Assembly: GCA_964499245.1 (NCBI GenBank)
Contig: CAZCIN010000001.1
Span: forward strand, 5,106 to 69,105
Origin: an uncultured Candidatus Saccharibacteria bacterium
GTDB lineage: Bacteria > Patescibacteriota > Saccharimonadia > Saccharimonadales > Saccharimonadaceae
Length of the DNA stretch: 64,000 bases
Reading direction: 5' to 3'
The position numbers and the translations under genes were made by a program. This document shows, one piece after another, positions 35,372 to 45,565 of the stretch (position 1 is its first letter; each line of letters opens with the position of its first letter). The notes beneath the pieces are model-generated. The model worked only from the letters and a program-made list of their open reading frames with translations. It ran no database searches and was not told where the DNA came from.

Positions 35372-35407
35372 TACTTCCATTGTAGCATACATTGCTCAAA
35401 ATGTCAA
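35372..35407 (-). promoter_or_regulatory. Sigma70 promoter TTGACA-N17-TACAAT
   Basis: Read directly. Confidence 0.75.
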
Positions 35408-35544
35408 TGCTTTTTTAGAAGAATCTGTATTGGGGTGATAAGATATAAGATATGCATTACTATACTATGACTAAATATGTCATAGTATGTCTTTATTACG
35501 CGTAACGTGGGGGTAATAGGCGTTATCTATGGTATGATATATTT

Positions 35545-36918
35545 ATGAAATCCGTTAAATCTCCCCTCGTATCAATTGTTGTACCGGCTTATAATACTGG
35601 TAAGGCGGCACAAAAGGTGATTTCGCAGCTGTCGAAACAGAGTTATCAGAATATCGAGATTGTGGTGATTGATGACGGGTCGACAGATGATTCCCTGGTG
35701 CGGCTACAGGAAATCACGGGAAAAGAGCGACGGGTAAAATTATTCCATCAGAAGAATGCAGGGGTGAGTGCGGCACGCAATGCGGGGATCGAGCGGGCGC
35801 GGGGGGAGTATATGGTGTTTGTGGATTCGGATGACGAAGTGAAGCCGGAGTTCATTGCGAAACTAGTGGAAGCGATGAATGATCCTGACGTAGCGGTGGC
35901 ACTAACAGGCAAAGTGCATGAGAATTTACAGGATGAACGGCGGACGAAAGTAGTGGCAAAGCCGCGGCGGGAGCGTAAAAAACGGGAAAAATTAGCGAAT
36001 TATATGATGTATCTGCTGCTGCTGGACGGGCGGATGTATAGTGTGACGAATAAGATTTTCCGGGCAGACGTGATTCGAAAGCTGGGGTTGGAATTTGAGG
36101 AAGGGCGGGATTTTGCGGAAGATACGAAATTTGTGCTGGATTATCTGCAATTCCAGCCGGGAGAGATTAAGTTTATCCCGGAGGCGCTGTATATTTATAA
36201 ATTTGGGACGGAGACGAGTATCGTGCGGGGGGCGGCGACGAAGTGGGAGAACTGGCAGAGGAGTTATGATGACCTGAAGGAGTGGGTGCGCGAGACGGGG
36301 GGTGGAGGGTTTCGCTCCTGGGTTTTGCTACATCTTGTGAAATTGCGATGGCGAGTGTCATATGTGCGGTCAAAGAGGAGAGCGCGGAAGGCTGGTTTGG
36401 GGGTCGTCTCCGAGGCTGTGGAAAAACCTGTGGAAAAGTTTGAGCGACACGCCGTGAAATATGCGCTGGTAGGGGTATTTATCACGCTGTTTGATTTTGT
36501 GGTCTATACGGTGCTGGTGAAATTGGTTTTCCAGACGAATGACGCGCTAGAAATTTCGACGGCGATTGCGACAGTGCTGGCGACGATCCTTGCGTATATT
36601 CTACACAGTCGGATCACTTGGCGCGACCGCAAGCCGGCGAAATTTGGAGTGGTAAAATTCTTCCTATGGAATGGGCTAGTGGCAGTGGCACTGAAGCCGT
36701 TTACAGCCTGGGTGGTGGGGACGTGGACGGGGCTTTTCCAATTTGCGCTGATGGTGTCGGAGTGGCTGAGATTACCATTTGATTACGGAACGATTGAATA
36801 TCTGGGGGTGTATGGGATAGCGACGCTAGTGATTATGGTACTCAATTATTTCTTCTACGATAAACTAGTTTTTGGGTCTGAAAAGAAGGCGGTAAAGACG
36901 GGGGAAATGGCGAAGTAG
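35545..36918 (+). CDS. Glycosyltransferase family 2 fused to a GtrA-like flippase domain
   Basis: VSIVVPAYN, DDGSTD, FVDSDD; C-terminal KYALVGVFITLFDF...NYFFY GtrA pattern. Confidence 0.82.
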   Translation: MKSVKSPLVSIVVPAYNTGKAAQKVISQLSKQSYQNIEIVVIDDGSTDDSLVRLQEITGKERRVKLFHQKNAGVSAARNAGIERARGEYMVFVDSDDEVKPEFIAKLVEAMNDPDVAVALTGKVHENLQDERRTKVVAKPRRERKKREKLANYMMYLLLLDGRMYSVTNKIFRADVIRKLGLEFEEGRDFAEDTKFVLDYLQFQPGEIKFIPEALYIYKFGTETSIVRGAATKWENWQRSYDDLKEWVRETGGGGFRSWVLLHLVKLRWRVSYVRSKRRARKAGLGVVSEAVEKPVEKFERHAVKYALVGVFITLFDFVVYTVLVKLVFQTNDALEISTAIATVLATILAYILHSRITWRDRKPAKFGVVKFFLWNGLVAVALKPFTAWVVGTWTGLFQFALMVSEWLRLPFDYGTIEYLGVYGIATLVIMVLNYFFYDKLVFGSEKKAVKTGEMAK

Positions 36919-37824
36919 GACGGCGCGGGGAAAACTGCGTAAGGACTGGGGGCGAATGTATTTTTTGAAACCAGAGCGTGTGAATTTTTGATAAAACTTC
37001 AGAAAATCACGCTTGGGGAGTTGGCTTGCGAGGGTGAGGAAAGAGACTGAGAGGTAGTGCGAAATGGGGGCGGTGGATTTGGGGCTGATTTGATCGAGGA
37101 GTGGGAGTTGGTAGGCGAGGCCGGCGTAGGCATCAGCGACGCGCTTCTCAAGCTTGGCGGGGTCATGCATGATGCTACCGGAGCGAAGACGATAATTATA
37201 ACAGATGTCAGAAATGGCAGCGACGGAAGTGGCACGGGCGATAATGAGCGGAGTGAGACCAAAATCTTCGGCGAGTCGACCTTTGGCGTAGGCGAAATGA
37301 TTGGATTTAAAGAATTCGGTGCGGTAGCAGTAGAGCCAGGCATTTTCCGTATAATGATAGCGGGCGAGGAGTGGAAAAGCGGCAAGACCAGACATGGGGG
37401 CGAAATCGGGTTCTGAGTGCGGGACTAATTCCCCGTTTTCGAGGAGATCTTGGCACTGGAAACGGAGAAGGTCAACGGGAGCTTGCGCAGTTTCGTGAAA
37501 TTGATTAAGGGCGTCGGCGATTTTAGTGATGGCGCCCGGGGTGAGAGAGTCATCGCCGTCGAGGAAAATGAGGTATTCTCCAGTAGACTTTTTGACACCG
37601 GAATTACGGGCCTCAGAAAGGCCGGAATTGGGCTGGATAATAAGATGAACGCAGGGATCTTTTTGGGCGTATTGACGACAAATCGTGGTGGTGGAATCGG
37701 TGGAACCGTCATCGACGAGAATGATCTCGTAGTCGGAAAAATCTTGGCTTAGGACGGAATCGAGACAAGCGGGCAAAAAGTCCTCGACATTATAGGCGGG
37801 AATAATAATGGAAAACTTAGTCAT
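36865..37824 (-). CDS. Glycosyltransferase family 2
   Basis: SIIIPAYN, DDGSTD, FLDGDD; start moved to MTKFS. Confidence 0.9.
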   Translation of the reverse strand: MTKFSIIIPAYNVEDFLPACLDSVLSQDFSDYEIILVDDGSTDSTTTICRQYAQKDPCVHLIIQPNSGLSEARNSGVKKSTGEYLIFLDGDDSLTPGAITKIADALNQFHETAQAPVDLLRFQCQDLLENGELVPHSEPDFAPMSGLAAFPLLARYHYTENAWLYCYRTEFFKSNHFAYAKGRLAEDFGLTPLIIARATSVAAISDICYNYRLRSGSIMHDPAKLEKRVADAYAGLAYQLPLLDQISPKSTAPISHYLSVSFLTLASQLPKRDFLKFYQKFTRSGFKKYIRPQSLRSFPRAVLLRHFPRLYRLLFRPKN

Positions 37825-39085
37825 CGTGATGTTTCCCGATACGAACAAGATGAGCTTGATAGGCAAAAAGGAGAATATAAAGAACAAGCAAAGCAAACAT
37901 GGAGAAGAAATAAACGAGGCAAGCGCCGGTGATTCCTTTTGCGATGACGAAGAGGCGGGCGGTCATGAACGCAAAAAGGGCGACGAGGAAAAAGACAACA
38001 AGCTGGCTGGCGGTGTCGCGCATGGTGGTAAGAGAGGTGGAGATGACAACCGACATGGCGTAGAAGGTGCCGCCGGCAATAATGATGAGGAGCGGAACGA
38101 GATAGTCGCCGAGAGGAACATCATAAAGCAGCTCAAGAACTGGGATGCCGAGGAGCCAGGCAGCAAGTAGGCAGACGAAGCCAAAAACTAGGATGGAAAG
38201 GGTGAGGCGAATCGTAAGACGAATGAAGCGGGGAAAATTCTGGTGGAGACTGGTTTTGAGTGTCATGAGGAAGGGCTGGATGACATATTGGCCAAAGAGG
38301 GCGAGGACGGTAGCGGGCATAGCGATGATGCCGTAGATGGTCTGAGCTTCATTGGTAGAGACAGAGTCAATGGCATATTTGGGGGCATTGATGAGGTAAA
38401 TGCCGAGGAAGCTAAAGCCGAAAACGAAGAAACCTTTTTTGGTGAGGTACCAGACTTTGGCGAGGTTTGGTTTCTCTAGATGAAAGTGGGCCTGGCGGAG
38501 GCGCGGAATGTCATAAAAAAGGATGATCGAGGCGCTCGCGAGAACAAGCATAGTGCAGGTGAAGACGAGATTGTGGGTGAGGGCGTCGATGACGAAGAAG
38601 AAAATGAGCGAGAGGAGGGCTTTGAGAAAGAATGACTTACCAACTTGGTCGAGACGATCCTTTTTCTGGACGACAGCGTAGGTACTTTCGCTGATGGCCT
38701 CAAGGGCTTTGTAGAAAGTAAGGAGCATGATAATGGTGAATTTGTAGGCGTCATAGCCGCGGAAAATACAGAAAAAGAGGGCAAAAATGAGCATAGCGGC
38801 ACAGCTCCAGAAGCGAGCGTGGAAATAATCTGAGTCGGAAATTTCTTTGGTAGTGTCGGTGATTTGGAAAGTGCGACCGCTATAAACGCCGATGACATAA
38901 AAAACACAGGCGGTGGAGAAGGCAAAAGAAAAGATGCCGGCGTCGTCGATGCCGTTGAGGCGAGTGGCGAGCATCAAAAAGAAAAGCGAAGTGAAATTCC
39001 AGCAGGTAGTGCCGATTAAATTCCAAATAAAATTGCGACGGAAGGCGGGGGTGGCGACTTGACTATTTGTGAGACTTTTTGTCAT
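37817..39085 (-). CDS. Wzx-like oligosaccharide flippase
   Basis: About 12 TM helices, NFIWNLIG start, MOP-family layout. Confidence 0.75.
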   Translation of the reverse strand: MTKSLTNSQVATPAFRRNFIWNLIGTTCWNFTSLFFLMLATRLNGIDDAGIFSFAFSTACVFYVIGVYSGRTFQITDTTKEISDSDYFHARFWSCAAMLIFALFFCIFRGYDAYKFTIIMLLTFYKALEAISESTYAVVQKKDRLDQVGKSFFLKALLSLIFFFVIDALTHNLVFTCTMLVLASASIILFYDIPRLRQAHFHLEKPNLAKVWYLTKKGFFVFGFSFLGIYLINAPKYAIDSVSTNEAQTIYGIIAMPATVLALFGQYVIQPFLMTLKTSLHQNFPRFIRLTIRLTLSILVFGFVCLLAAWLLGIPVLELLYDVPLGDYLVPLLIIIAGGTFYAMSVVISTSLTTMRDTASQLVVFFLVALFAFMTARLFVIAKGITGACLVYFFSMFALLVLYILLFAYQAHLVRIGKHHDD

Positions 39086-39434
39086 GCGGTTCCTTTTTGG
39101 CAGAAGAACGAGATTGCTCGAATCGAAGAAGCGAGACTTGTTCGGCGAGCTCAGTGATTTTGGCTTGTTGCTCGGAGATGTGGCGAGAATCTTGGAAATT
39201 AATAAAAAGCAAGAAAACGACTGCGAGAGTTAGGAGCAAAGCAGGGGGGTAGGCGATGCCAAAGATTTCGGCAAGCCAGTTGATGGAGTAAGGAAAAATC
39301 GAAAGCAAAAGAATGACAATCGAACCGACCAACCACCAAAAGCTGGCTTTGACGGACAATTTGTTTTTGCGCACAGTATGAACGATGTAGATCATCAAAA
39401 TGATGGCGATGATGATAAAATAAATATTATTCAT
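39063..39434 (-). CDS. DUF2304 family membrane protein
   Basis: Pattern with GIAYPPALL, adjacent to a GT2 gene. Confidence 0.8.
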   Translation of the reverse strand: MNNIYFIIIAIILMIYIVHTVRKNKLSVKASFWWLVGSIVILLLSIFPYSINWLAEIFGIAYPPALLLTLAVVFLLFINFQDSRHISEQQAKITELAEQVSLLRFEQSRSSAKKEPHDKKSHK

Positions 39435-40168
39435 CGGTGAAGTTTCTCCTTAAAACGGCGCTTAAAGCCAAAATGTTGCAAGAAAACGAAGAAAATACTG
39501 TAGAACATATTAATCATGTAGGTGATCGGGCCAATAATACCACCATGCATACTCTCGCCGAACTGACGCTGGCGCATTTTAACAGGAGCTTCGGTGATTT
39601 GATAGCCGCGGTAAATCATTTCAATAATGAGATTAGCATCGGGGAACTCGGGATAATCATTGAAGCTGGCATATTTTTCGATGACGCGGCGATTGAGACA
39701 TTGGAAACCGGAAAGTGGGTCGGTGATGCGCTTGCGACAAAAGATGCGAATGAGAAGGGAAAAAATCTTTTGGCCGAGACGGCGGAAGAAGGGGCACTTA
39801 TAGCCAGAGTTTTCGAGATAGCGCGAACCGATAACAATGTCGGCTTTGGTGCTGACAGCGGTCTGATAGAGTTTGGCGGCTTCGGCGGCGATATGTTGAC
39901 CATCGGCATCGAACTGAATAGCATAATCATAATTATTGGTTGCGGCATACTTAAGACCAGTTTGGATCGACCAGGCATAACCAAGGTTGAAAATATTATC
40001 GACGCAAGGAACATGATGAGAAGCGACAATTTCGCGGGTGGCATCAGTGGAGTAATCGTTGATGACAAGAATGTCGGCAGTAGCAAAATCATGTTGCAAC
40101 TCAGTGATAACTGCAGTAATACTCTCGGCCTCATTGTGGGCGGGGATAATGACTAGAACTCTATGCAT
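39431..40168 (-). CDS. Glycosyltransferase family 2 (polyprenol-phosphate glycosyltransferase-like)
   Basis: IIPAHNE, QFDADGQH, VIGSRY, TDPLSGF. Confidence 0.88.
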   Translation of the reverse strand: MHRVLVIIPAHNEAESITAVITELQHDFATADILVINDYSTDATREIVASHHVPCVDNIFNLGYAWSIQTGLKYAATNNYDYAIQFDADGQHIAAEAAKLYQTAVSTKADIVIGSRYLENSGYKCPFFRRLGQKIFSLLIRIFCRKRITDPLSGFQCLNRRVIEKYASFNDYPEFPDANLIIEMIYRGYQITEAPVKMRQRQFGESMHGGIIGPITYMINMFYSIFFVFLQHFGFKRRFKEKLHR

Positions 40169-40267
40169 ATGTATATTATACGACTTTATAAGAGTGAGGG
40201 CAAGCCAGTGAGGATTTTGCCTAAAACAGTAGCAAGATTTGGTACAATAGTAAAAAGGAGTTACCCC

Positions 40268-41305
40268 ATGTCGAGACCGAAGTTGAGCATTATTATTCCC
40301 TGCTATAAAGTTGAGAAATACTTGCCAAAATGTTTGGATTCGCTAGTAAACCAAACCCTAAAAGATATTGAGCTAATTTGCATTAATGATGGTTCGCCAG
40401 ACAGTTGTCTAGAGATTCTCAAAAAGTATCAGAAGAAATATGGATCGAAGATTGTTATCATTGATAAAAAGAATGAGGGGGTTTGGATCGGTCGTCAAGA
40501 TGGCATTAAAAAAGCACAGGGTGAATACATTGGCTTTGTGGATAGTGATGATTATGTACATCCGGAATTTGCGGAAAAACTGTACAATGCTGCAAGCAGT
40601 CGAAATGCCGACATTGCGGTGTGTGGGTTCGAACGAATTGACCTTGAGACCGGAAAAGTTTACTCACGAGAGATGTGCAAAAAGAGGTCGGACATCGATT
40701 CGACGACAGATCCCGGTGCGATGTTGGAGTTAAACGGCGCTCCGTGGAACAAGGTATTTCGAGCTGAGCTGCTGAAAAAGAATTTTTATCAGATGAAAAA
40801 CGTACCAAAAGTGTTGGACGATATGATCTTTCAACTTTTAGTCTATTATAAGACAAAGAAAATTACTTTCGTACCGGATAGCCTGGTCTATTATATGGTG
40901 CGTAAAGATTCGATTATTAATACAGTAAAGATGGATTTGATACCGTCGACTTATGCGGCCATGGTGGAGGTGCGACAACTTTATGAACGCGAGAGGCCGG
41001 AACTTCTAGATTACATAGACGCAAATGCTTTCCTACATCTCGGAGTTTCATTTGTTTACCGACTGTCAGAAAATCCGGGCGTGAATTTGAAGCAACTGAT
41101 CCGCGAAAATCAGGAATTTCTCAACCAGAATTTTCCACGTTGGAAAAAGACACCCTACACAACTTTTGGGTATGTCTTGCGACACCACGGAGCAAATCTG
41201 AAACTTTGGATTGTGAAAGTGATTATAAATTTGGGGTTGTTTAGATGCTTCATCGGGACTTATAAATTTATGATCCGGACGCTGGGGGTAGATATAAAAT
41301 GGTAG
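40268..41305 (+). CDS. Glycosyltransferase family 2
   Basis: SIIIPCY, NDGSPD, FVDSDD, PWNKVF; start moved to MSRPK. Confidence 0.9.
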   Translation: MSRPKLSIIIPCYKVEKYLPKCLDSLVNQTLKDIELICINDGSPDSCLEILKKYQKKYGSKIVIIDKKNEGVWIGRQDGIKKAQGEYIGFVDSDDYVHPEFAEKLYNAASSRNADIAVCGFERIDLETGKVYSREMCKKRSDIDSTTDPGAMLELNGAPWNKVFRAELLKKNFYQMKNVPKVLDDMIFQLLVYYKTKKITFVPDSLVYYMVRKDSIINTVKMDLIPSTYAAMVEVRQLYERERPELLDYIDANAFLHLGVSFVYRLSENPGVNLKQLIRENQEFLNQNFPRWKKTPYTTFGYVLRHHGANLKLWIVKVIINLGLFRCFIGTYKFMIRTLGVDIKW

Positions 41306-42405
41306 ATTATGATTATTTGGTGGTTGGGGCGGGATTATTTGGCGCAACGATGGCCAATTTGCTGCACAAAGCAGGCAAAAAAGTCTTGGTGATTGATCGA
41401 CGCGAGCATATTGCTGGTAATATATATACAGAATTAGTAGAGGGTATTAATGTCCACCGCTACGGAGCGCATATTTTCCACACTGATAACAAAAAAGTTT
41501 GGGACTATGTGAATACATTTGCGGAATTTAACCGTTATACTAACTCACCGATTGCAAGATTTGGGGACGAATTATACAACTTGCCATTTAATATGAACAC
41601 ATTTTCGAAGATTTGGAGCGACGTAATAACTCCAGATGACGCCTTGCGACATATTGAAACGGAACGAAAAGAGATTGTGGGTAAGCCAAGAAATCTTGAG
41701 GAGCAGGCAATTAGTTTGGTGGGTCGGACAATTTATGAGAAGTTGATTAAGGGTTACACCGAGAAGCAATGGGGGCGCGATTGCAAAGATTTGCCGGCGA
41801 GCATTATCAAGAGAATCCCGGTGCGACTAATTTATGACAATAATTATTTTGATGACCGATATCAAGGGATTCCAATCGGCGGGTATACGGCAATGGTGGG
41901 GCGAATGCTGGACGGTATCGAAGTGAAACTTGGCGTAAATTTCTTTGAACGGCGCGATGAATGGCAAAAAATCGCCAACAAAATTGTGTATACTGGAGCA
42001 ATTGACGAATATTTTGATTGCTGCTTTGGGGAGTTGGAATATCGTTCCCTGCGATTTGATACTAAAATCTTAGAGACCAAAAACTTCCAAGGAAATGCGG
42101 TTGTGAATTATACTGGGCATGAAGTGGATTATACGCGCGTGATTGAACATCGACATTTTGAGAAGACTGATAGCGACAAAACGGTAGTGACCTACGAATA
42201 TCCGAACGATTACACGAAGGGGGCGGAAAAATATTATACAGTTAACGACGAAAAGAATAACCAAATGGCGGCTAAGTACCGCGCTTTGGCAGAGCAGGAA
42301 AAAGATGTGATTTTTGGGGGAAGGCTAGCAGAGTACAAATATTACGATATGGACGACGTGATTGCTTCAGCTTTCGCTGCGGCAGAAAAAGAGCAGCAGA
42401 GCTAA
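41299..42405 (+). CDS. glf: UDP-galactopyranose mutase
   Basis: VVGAGLFG, HRYGAHIFHT, GGRLAEYKYYDMD. Confidence 0.96.
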   Translation: MVDYDYLVVGAGLFGATMANLLHKAGKKVLVIDRREHIAGNIYTELVEGINVHRYGAHIFHTDNKKVWDYVNTFAEFNRYTNSPIARFGDELYNLPFNMNTFSKIWSDVITPDDALRHIETERKEIVGKPRNLEEQAISLVGRTIYEKLIKGYTEKQWGRDCKDLPASIIKRIPVRLIYDNNYFDDRYQGIPIGGYTAMVGRMLDGIEVKLGVNFFERRDEWQKIANKIVYTGAIDEYFDCCFGELEYRSLRFDTKILETKNFQGNAVVNYTGHEVDYTRVIEHRHFEKTDSDKTVVTYEYPNDYTKGAEKYYTVNDEKNNQMAAKYRALAEQEKDVIFGGRLAEYKYYDMDDVIASAFAAAEKEQQS

Positions 42406-42410
42406 ATCAA

Positions 42411-43970
42411 CTACATGATGCTGTACTTGGCGACATAGATAGCGACGGTGAGAGCAAGGCAGCAGTAAGAGACAAAAATGAGAGTGGTGGCATAGGGATA
42501 GGATTCGGTTTTGGCGCCGCGTGGTGCGAGTATAAGTGCAAAAAGTGGTAGAAGTGGTAAGAAGTAGCGGGACTGAATGCCGCTAGCATGTGGAGCACCG
42601 ACCTCAGCATACGAAAGATAGAGAGAGGCAACAATTGCGCCAACCACTACGACAAAGGCGAAAGCTAGGCAGATTTTTAGGCGGGTAGTAAAGATTTTCC
42701 GGTCAAGTTTGATTGTGAAAATAGTGGAGAAGAAAATGATAATCTGTATAAGCCCAACGAGAGCCGTAGTGTAATGACCGGTAGAAATGTACCCCATATT
42801 CCCAAATGATTCTGCAGAGAGAAACACAGGGGCAACGGCTTCAGTAATACTGCGCCCCACAATAACTGGCACGCGAACAGGGTGCGTAAATAGAAAGTGA
42901 AGTTGACCGCTAACACTGGTATTGCCACCACGCACATCAGGAGTCATACTACCACTGAGAACTGGCAAAACGAAAGTCGCCGCAATGAGCACAGTAATGA
43001 GTACTAGACTGAGTTTGATAGCGAGAGCGCGCTTGGGGCGATCAAATTGCTTACTAGGGATTAGGAGCGGCAATAGAAGCAGCGGGCAATAAATTGCTTT
43101 GGGAAGACAGCCCCAAATCGCAGCAAGAACAAAAGCAATGAGAAGCTTCGGATCGACTTTAGGCTGGCTGATCATGCGGGCAAAGATGGCAAGAGCAAGA
43201 CTAAGGCCAGCGGTAACCATGGGGTCGACAGAAAACTGGCTAGCAATACAGATACAACTGACGATGAGACCGGTTGCAAAGAAAATTGGACGAAGATGCT
43301 TTTGGCTGACCTTGATGGCAAAGTAAAAGAGGGCTATATAGCAAAGCATATTGCAAAGTTTTGCAAGCATAATGGTGGTGACGAAACTGAGATGGAGGAA
43401 AGAGCCAATATTAAAACCGAGATGATATGGCAAATAGGCAAGGCGTTGATACAGCTCAGCATCATTGTTTAATGTAATAATTTGGATGGTATCTGACTGA
43501 TTGGCAGCGTTAATAACGCGATAAGCCTCTTCACGTTCAATAAAATTAAGATTGCTCACGGACTTCGCGACATCGTTGGATTCGACAATACGAAAAGCGT
43601 CGCTGGCGGGAATTGAATCGCTAGATAATGCTAGCGCTCGTACAAAATGGATTTGGTCGTCAGGCGTAGCGTAAAGGGTACACGGTAAAATAATCACGTA
43701 AGATATACCAGTGACGAGCGAGATGAGAAGAAAGGCTTTGTGAAGATTCTCAGCAAAATAGCGACGGAACTTGATTAACAAGGCAAAACTACAGAGGAAC
43801 GCAGCGACGACTAAGAAGCGAGGCAAGTAGAAACGAGGTGCGTGGCTCAGCAGAAGACCAAAGATTACTACTTCGGCAAAGGCACTGAGAGCCAAACTTA
43901 CAGCGACACTTGCACCGATAAAAATAAGGTTGGGGCGATTATATTTAGCGAGAGGATTTTTGACCGTCAT
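42411..43970 (-). CDS. DUF2142-type polytopic membrane protein (GT-C-like)
   Basis: TPDDQIHF, KAIY, GIQSRYFLP motifs. Confidence 0.75.
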   Translation of the reverse strand: MTVKNPLAKYNRPNLIFIGASVAVSLALSAFAEVVIFGLLLSHAPRFYLPRFLVVAAFLCSFALLIKFRRYFAENLHKAFLLISLVTGISYVIILPCTLYATPDDQIHFVRALALSSDSIPASDAFRIVESNDVAKSVSNLNFIEREEAYRVINAANQSDTIQIITLNNDAELYQRLAYLPYHLGFNIGSFLHLSFVTTIMLAKLCNMLCYIALFYFAIKVSQKHLRPIFFATGLIVSCICIASQFSVDPMVTAGLSLALAIFARMISQPKVDPKLLIAFVLAAIWGCLPKAIYCPLLLLPLLIPSKQFDRPKRALAIKLSLVLITVLIAATFVLPVLSGSMTPDVRGGNTSVSGQLHFLFTHPVRVPVIVGRSITEAVAPVFLSAESFGNMGYISTGHYTTALVGLIQIIIFFSTIFTIKLDRKIFTTRLKICLAFAFVVVVGAIVASLYLSYAEVGAPHASGIQSRYFLPLLPLFALILAPRGAKTESYPYATTLIFVSYCCLALTVAIYVAKYSIM

Positions 43971-44577
43971 AGAACTCCTTATTAACTATTACGAGAGCGA
44001 TAAAAATAGCGAGGGCAGCGCCCATAATGAAATACCAGACGGCAAAAACATCTTTGTGCGACTTCGTGAAGGCCATAAGGAGATGTCGCTCGCTGGGTTT
44101 GCCATTGATCACGAGTGAAGCGGGATTTTGCTCGGAGGTACTAGTGAAAAAAGTGATGGGCGAGTCCGTGTCTGAAGTGTGAAGCTTGAGAATATAATTA
44201 ACCCCGGCGCTAAGATGATAGTCAAAATAAGCAAAGCTATTATCCAATAGACTACCGAGCGAGCGTTCGATAGTTGTGGGAGAAGCCCCCTCGGATTGGA
44301 TAGTGATAACGAGTTTGCCTTGATGAACTGGTCGACTATAATTGGCGAAATATAGACCAAAAGAGTCATAATCCTCGTCCACGGTGAATCGTTGTTCGAT
44401 GACATCGCCGGGTTCAATCTGATCAAGTGGGGCTAAGTCGGTAACAGTAAAAATACTGGTGCTATGTTTTGTGCGGGGGCTGACAACAGATATCACGCCA
44501 CCAATTAGACAGATGATTACAACAACGATGCAAGCGCAGACGCCGGGAGATAAGAGTTTTTTAAGCTTGGTAGGCAT
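43945..44577 (-). CDS. Hypothetical membrane protein
   Basis: N- and C-terminal TM helices; overlaps both neighbours. Confidence 0.7.
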   Translation of the reverse strand: MPTKLKKLLSPGVCACIVVVIICLIGGVISVVSPRTKHSTSIFTVTDLAPLDQIEPGDVIEQRFTVDEDYDSFGLYFANYSRPVHQGKLVITIQSEGASPTTIERSLGSLLDNSFAYFDYHLSAGVNYILKLHTSDTDSPITFFTSTSEQNPASLVINGKPSERHLLMAFTKSHKDVFAVWYFIMGAALAIFIALVIVNKEFYDGQKSSR

Positions 44578-45565
44578 TCCGGTATTCTCCGCTTTCGATG
44601 TTCTGCACCCAGTTCTGGTTTTCTAGATACCAATCGATTGTGGATTGCATGCCATCGTCAAAATTATACTTACGAGTCCAACCAAGTTCGGTTTCGGCTT
44701 TGGTGGGATCCATGGCATAGCGTAAATCGTGACCGGGGCGATCGGCAACAAATTCAATCAGGGTCTCTGGTTTGCCAAGCTGTTTCAGGATAGTTTTGAC
44801 GATAGTGAGATTGTCGCGTTCGGAACGACCGCCGAGATTATAAACTTCGCCTTCTTTGCCTTGGCGAACAATCATGTCGACGCCAACATTGTGGTCGTAG
44901 ACATGAATCCAGTCGCGAACGTTCTTCCCTTCTCCATAAACGGGGATTTTTTGATCTTTGACAGCACAAGCGATAGTGTGAGGGATTAATTTTTCGGGAA
45001 ATTGGTAGGGGCCATAATTGTTAGAACAGCGGCTGATGGTAGCTGGAAGTTTGAAAGTGCGCATATAGGCAAGGACGAGCAAATCGGCGCCACCCTTGGA
45101 AGCTGAGTAGGGACTGGAGGTGTGAAGTGGGGTGCTTTCAGTGAACAATAGGTCAGGACGATCGAGCGGCAGGTCGCCATAGACTTCGTCGGTGGAGACT
45201 TGGTGGTAACGCTTCACATTATGTTTCAAAGCGGCATCCATGAGAACTTGCGTGCCCATGACGTTGGTTTTGACAAAAATGCCGGGGTTTTTGATGGAAT
45301 TATCAACGTGGCTCTCGGCAGCGAAGTTGATGACGTAATCCGGTTTCTCGGCAGCAAAAAGTGCGTCAACGCCGTCACGATCAGTAATGTCGAGTTTTAC
45401 AAAACGGAAGTTTGGTTTATCGATGATTGGGTCGAGATTATGATAATTACCAGCATAAGTAAGTGAATCAATGCAGATAAATTCATCCTCGGGATATTTA
45501 TTCACAACGTAATGCAAATAATTGCTACCAATAAAACCGCAGCCACCAGTGACGATAAATTTCAT
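44561..45565 (-). CDS. rfbB: dTDP-glucose 4,6-dehydratase
   Basis: GGCGFIGSN, NFAAESHVD, VSTDEVYG, YSASK. Confidence 0.96.
   Translation of the reverse strand: MKFIVTGGCGFIGSNYLHYVVNKYPEDEFICIDSLTYAGNYHNLDPIIDKPNFRFVKLDITDRDGVDALFAAEKPDYVINFAAESHVDNSIKNPGIFVKTNVMGTQVLMDAALKHNVKRYHQVSTDEVYGDLPLDRPDLLFTESTPLHTSSPYSASKGGADLLVLAYMRTFKLPATISRCSNNYGPYQFPEKLIPHTIACAVKDQKIPVYGEGKNVRDWIHVYDHNVGVDMIVRQGKEGEVYNLGGRSERDNLTIVKTILKQLGKPETLIEFVADRPGHDLRYAMDPTKAETELGWTRKYNFDDGMQSTIDWYLENQNWVQNIESGEYRNAYQA

Noticed and set aside
35462-35488. 10-bp palindrome ATACTATGAC/GTCATAGTAT as an operator
   Set aside because: Real inverted repeat between divergent promoters, but a single instance with no cognate regulator identified.
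29183-39000. Many overlapping Ser/Pro-rich or Gly/Glu-rich ORFs
   Set aside because: Alternative-frame and antisense artefacts of the strong G-rich plus strand over real genes.
39437-40156. Long antisense ORFs over glycosyltransferase and rfb genes (also 45613-46383, 47078-47806)
   Set aside because: Mirror frames of well-supported genes with no motifs of their own.
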